Assembly (NCBI RefSeq): GCF_001194135.2
Contig: NC_068985.1
Span: 80,731,816 to 80,795,815 of the forward strand
DNA: 64,000 bases
Source: Octopus bimaculoides
Lineage: Eukaryota
Direction: 5' to 3'
A model generated the notes under the pieces. The model worked only from the letters and a program-made list of their open reading frames with translations. It ran no database searches and was not told the origin of the DNA. How positions within the stretch are numbered: position 1 is the first letter of the stretch; each line of letters starts with the position of its first letter. Below, piece by piece: positions 62,688-64,000 of the stretch. Both the position numbers and the translations under genes were made by a program.

Positions 62688-63871
62688 GTTTACTGATAGG
62701 ACTTGCTTCCTATACTGTGTCTATGCATAAGCTTTTTATCTTTCTATACTTTTTACTTAGATTTCTTATATATTTTTTATATTTTTTACATAATTATAGA
62801 GTTAATGTTTTGTATTTTTTCCACACATATTTTTCTGTTTTCTCCCCTCCACCCTGTTTTTTCCTGTGCGTCTATAGACACGTACATGGAACCTTATGTG
62901 TATGCTTGTGAACGTGTGCATGTGTGTGGGTACGTGCATATATAGATGTATGTGCATGCATGTGAAAATATGCGCATATAGGCACGTTTTAACCTTATAG
63001 CCTTTTCACACTTTCTTCTGTATTTTGATTTTGGCCCTATGATTTTTTTTGTGTGCGTGTGTATGGGTGCGAGGTTGTTGAGTGCGTGTGTGTGTGGGTG
63101 TGTATGCGGGTATATATATATATATATGTACATATATGCATAGTTTTTGGCGAGTGTGTGGGTGAGCATGTGTGTGTTTCAAGCGAGGGTGGTTCAATAT
63201 ATACTATAGGTAAATGTATGGATTGGTGCACTTACGCGAACACTATAGATTTTCTACTCCCTTACCTTTACCCCCTCTCGTTACTTAGCGGTCTATAGCG
63301 CTTTTGTCTTAATAACGGTCAACCACACNNNNNNNNNNNNNNNNNNNNNNNNNNNNNNNNNNNNNNNNNNNNNNNNNNNNNNNNNNNNNNNNNNNNNNNN
63401 NNNNNNNNNNNNNNNNNNNNNNNNNNNNNNNNNNNNNNNNNNNNNNNNNNNNNNNNNNNNNNNNNNNNNNNNNNNNNNNNNNNNNNNNNNNNNNNNNNNN
63501 NNNNNNNNNNNNNNNNNNNNNNNNNNNNNNNNNNNNNNNNNNNNNNNNNNNNNNNNNNNNNNNNNNNNNNNNNNNNNNNNNNNNNNNNNNNNNNNNNNNN
63601 NNNNNNNNNNNNNNNNNNNNNNNNNNNNNNNNNNNNNNNNNNNNNNNNNNNNNNNNNNNNNNNNNNNNNNNNNNNNNNNNNNNNNNNNNNNNNNNNNNNN
63701 NNNNNNNNNNNNNNTATATATAGTTTTGTCATATTCTGTTAAGAACATAGTAGAGTACAGTATAAAGCTCGTCCACCTTCAGATTTCATCCTGTGCTATC
63801 CAATAGTAGTATTATACATACTTTCAGATTTGCATTGAGGCTTCTGTAGTTTGTGAATAGATAATTGAAAA

Positions 63872-64000
63872 TGTTGGTATCAACAAGAAGGAGTACGGTT
63901 GGACATTTATTTGCAATCACAATTGTAGAGTAGTGATTAGAAACAATTGTAGTGATTGCAAATAAATGTCCAACCGTACTCCTTCTTGTTGACTCCAACA
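63872..64000. repeat. Near-perfect long palindrome
   Basis: Arms 63872-63920 and 63952-64000 match at 47 of 49 positions; inner AATTGT/ACAATT; may extend past the window end. Confidence 0.92.

Overview
AT-rich, microsatellite-dense eukaryotic DNA with about 10 assembly gaps. The repeat families are most consistent with an octopus (coleoid cephalopod) genome; this is an inference from recognised SINE/LINE types. I found no supportable host protein-coding gene, rRNA, functional tRNA or CRISPR array. Nearly all ORF-track entries are microsatellite or N-run artefacts, and the rest are transposon remnants. The window is probably intronic or intergenic and is tiled by decayed mobile elements: RTE and CR1 LINEs, R4/Dong-type RLE retrotransposons sitting in (TAA)n repeats, three Penelope-like (GIY-YIG) ORF remnants, two mariners, a Tigger/pogo remnant, hAT and piggyBac MITEs, and several SINE families. 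The most notable signal is a set of short non-coding cassettes, mostly next to (TA)n tracts, that fold as minimal type I hammerhead ribozymes with palindromic stem III, as known from Penelope-like element LTRs. One has a swapped G3:C8 catalytic-core pair (41134-41184) and one is enclosed by a 39-bp inverted repeat (36345-36530). All folds were derived by hand, TE boundaries are approximate unless TSDs/TIRs are given, and family names come from motif recognition rather than database searches.
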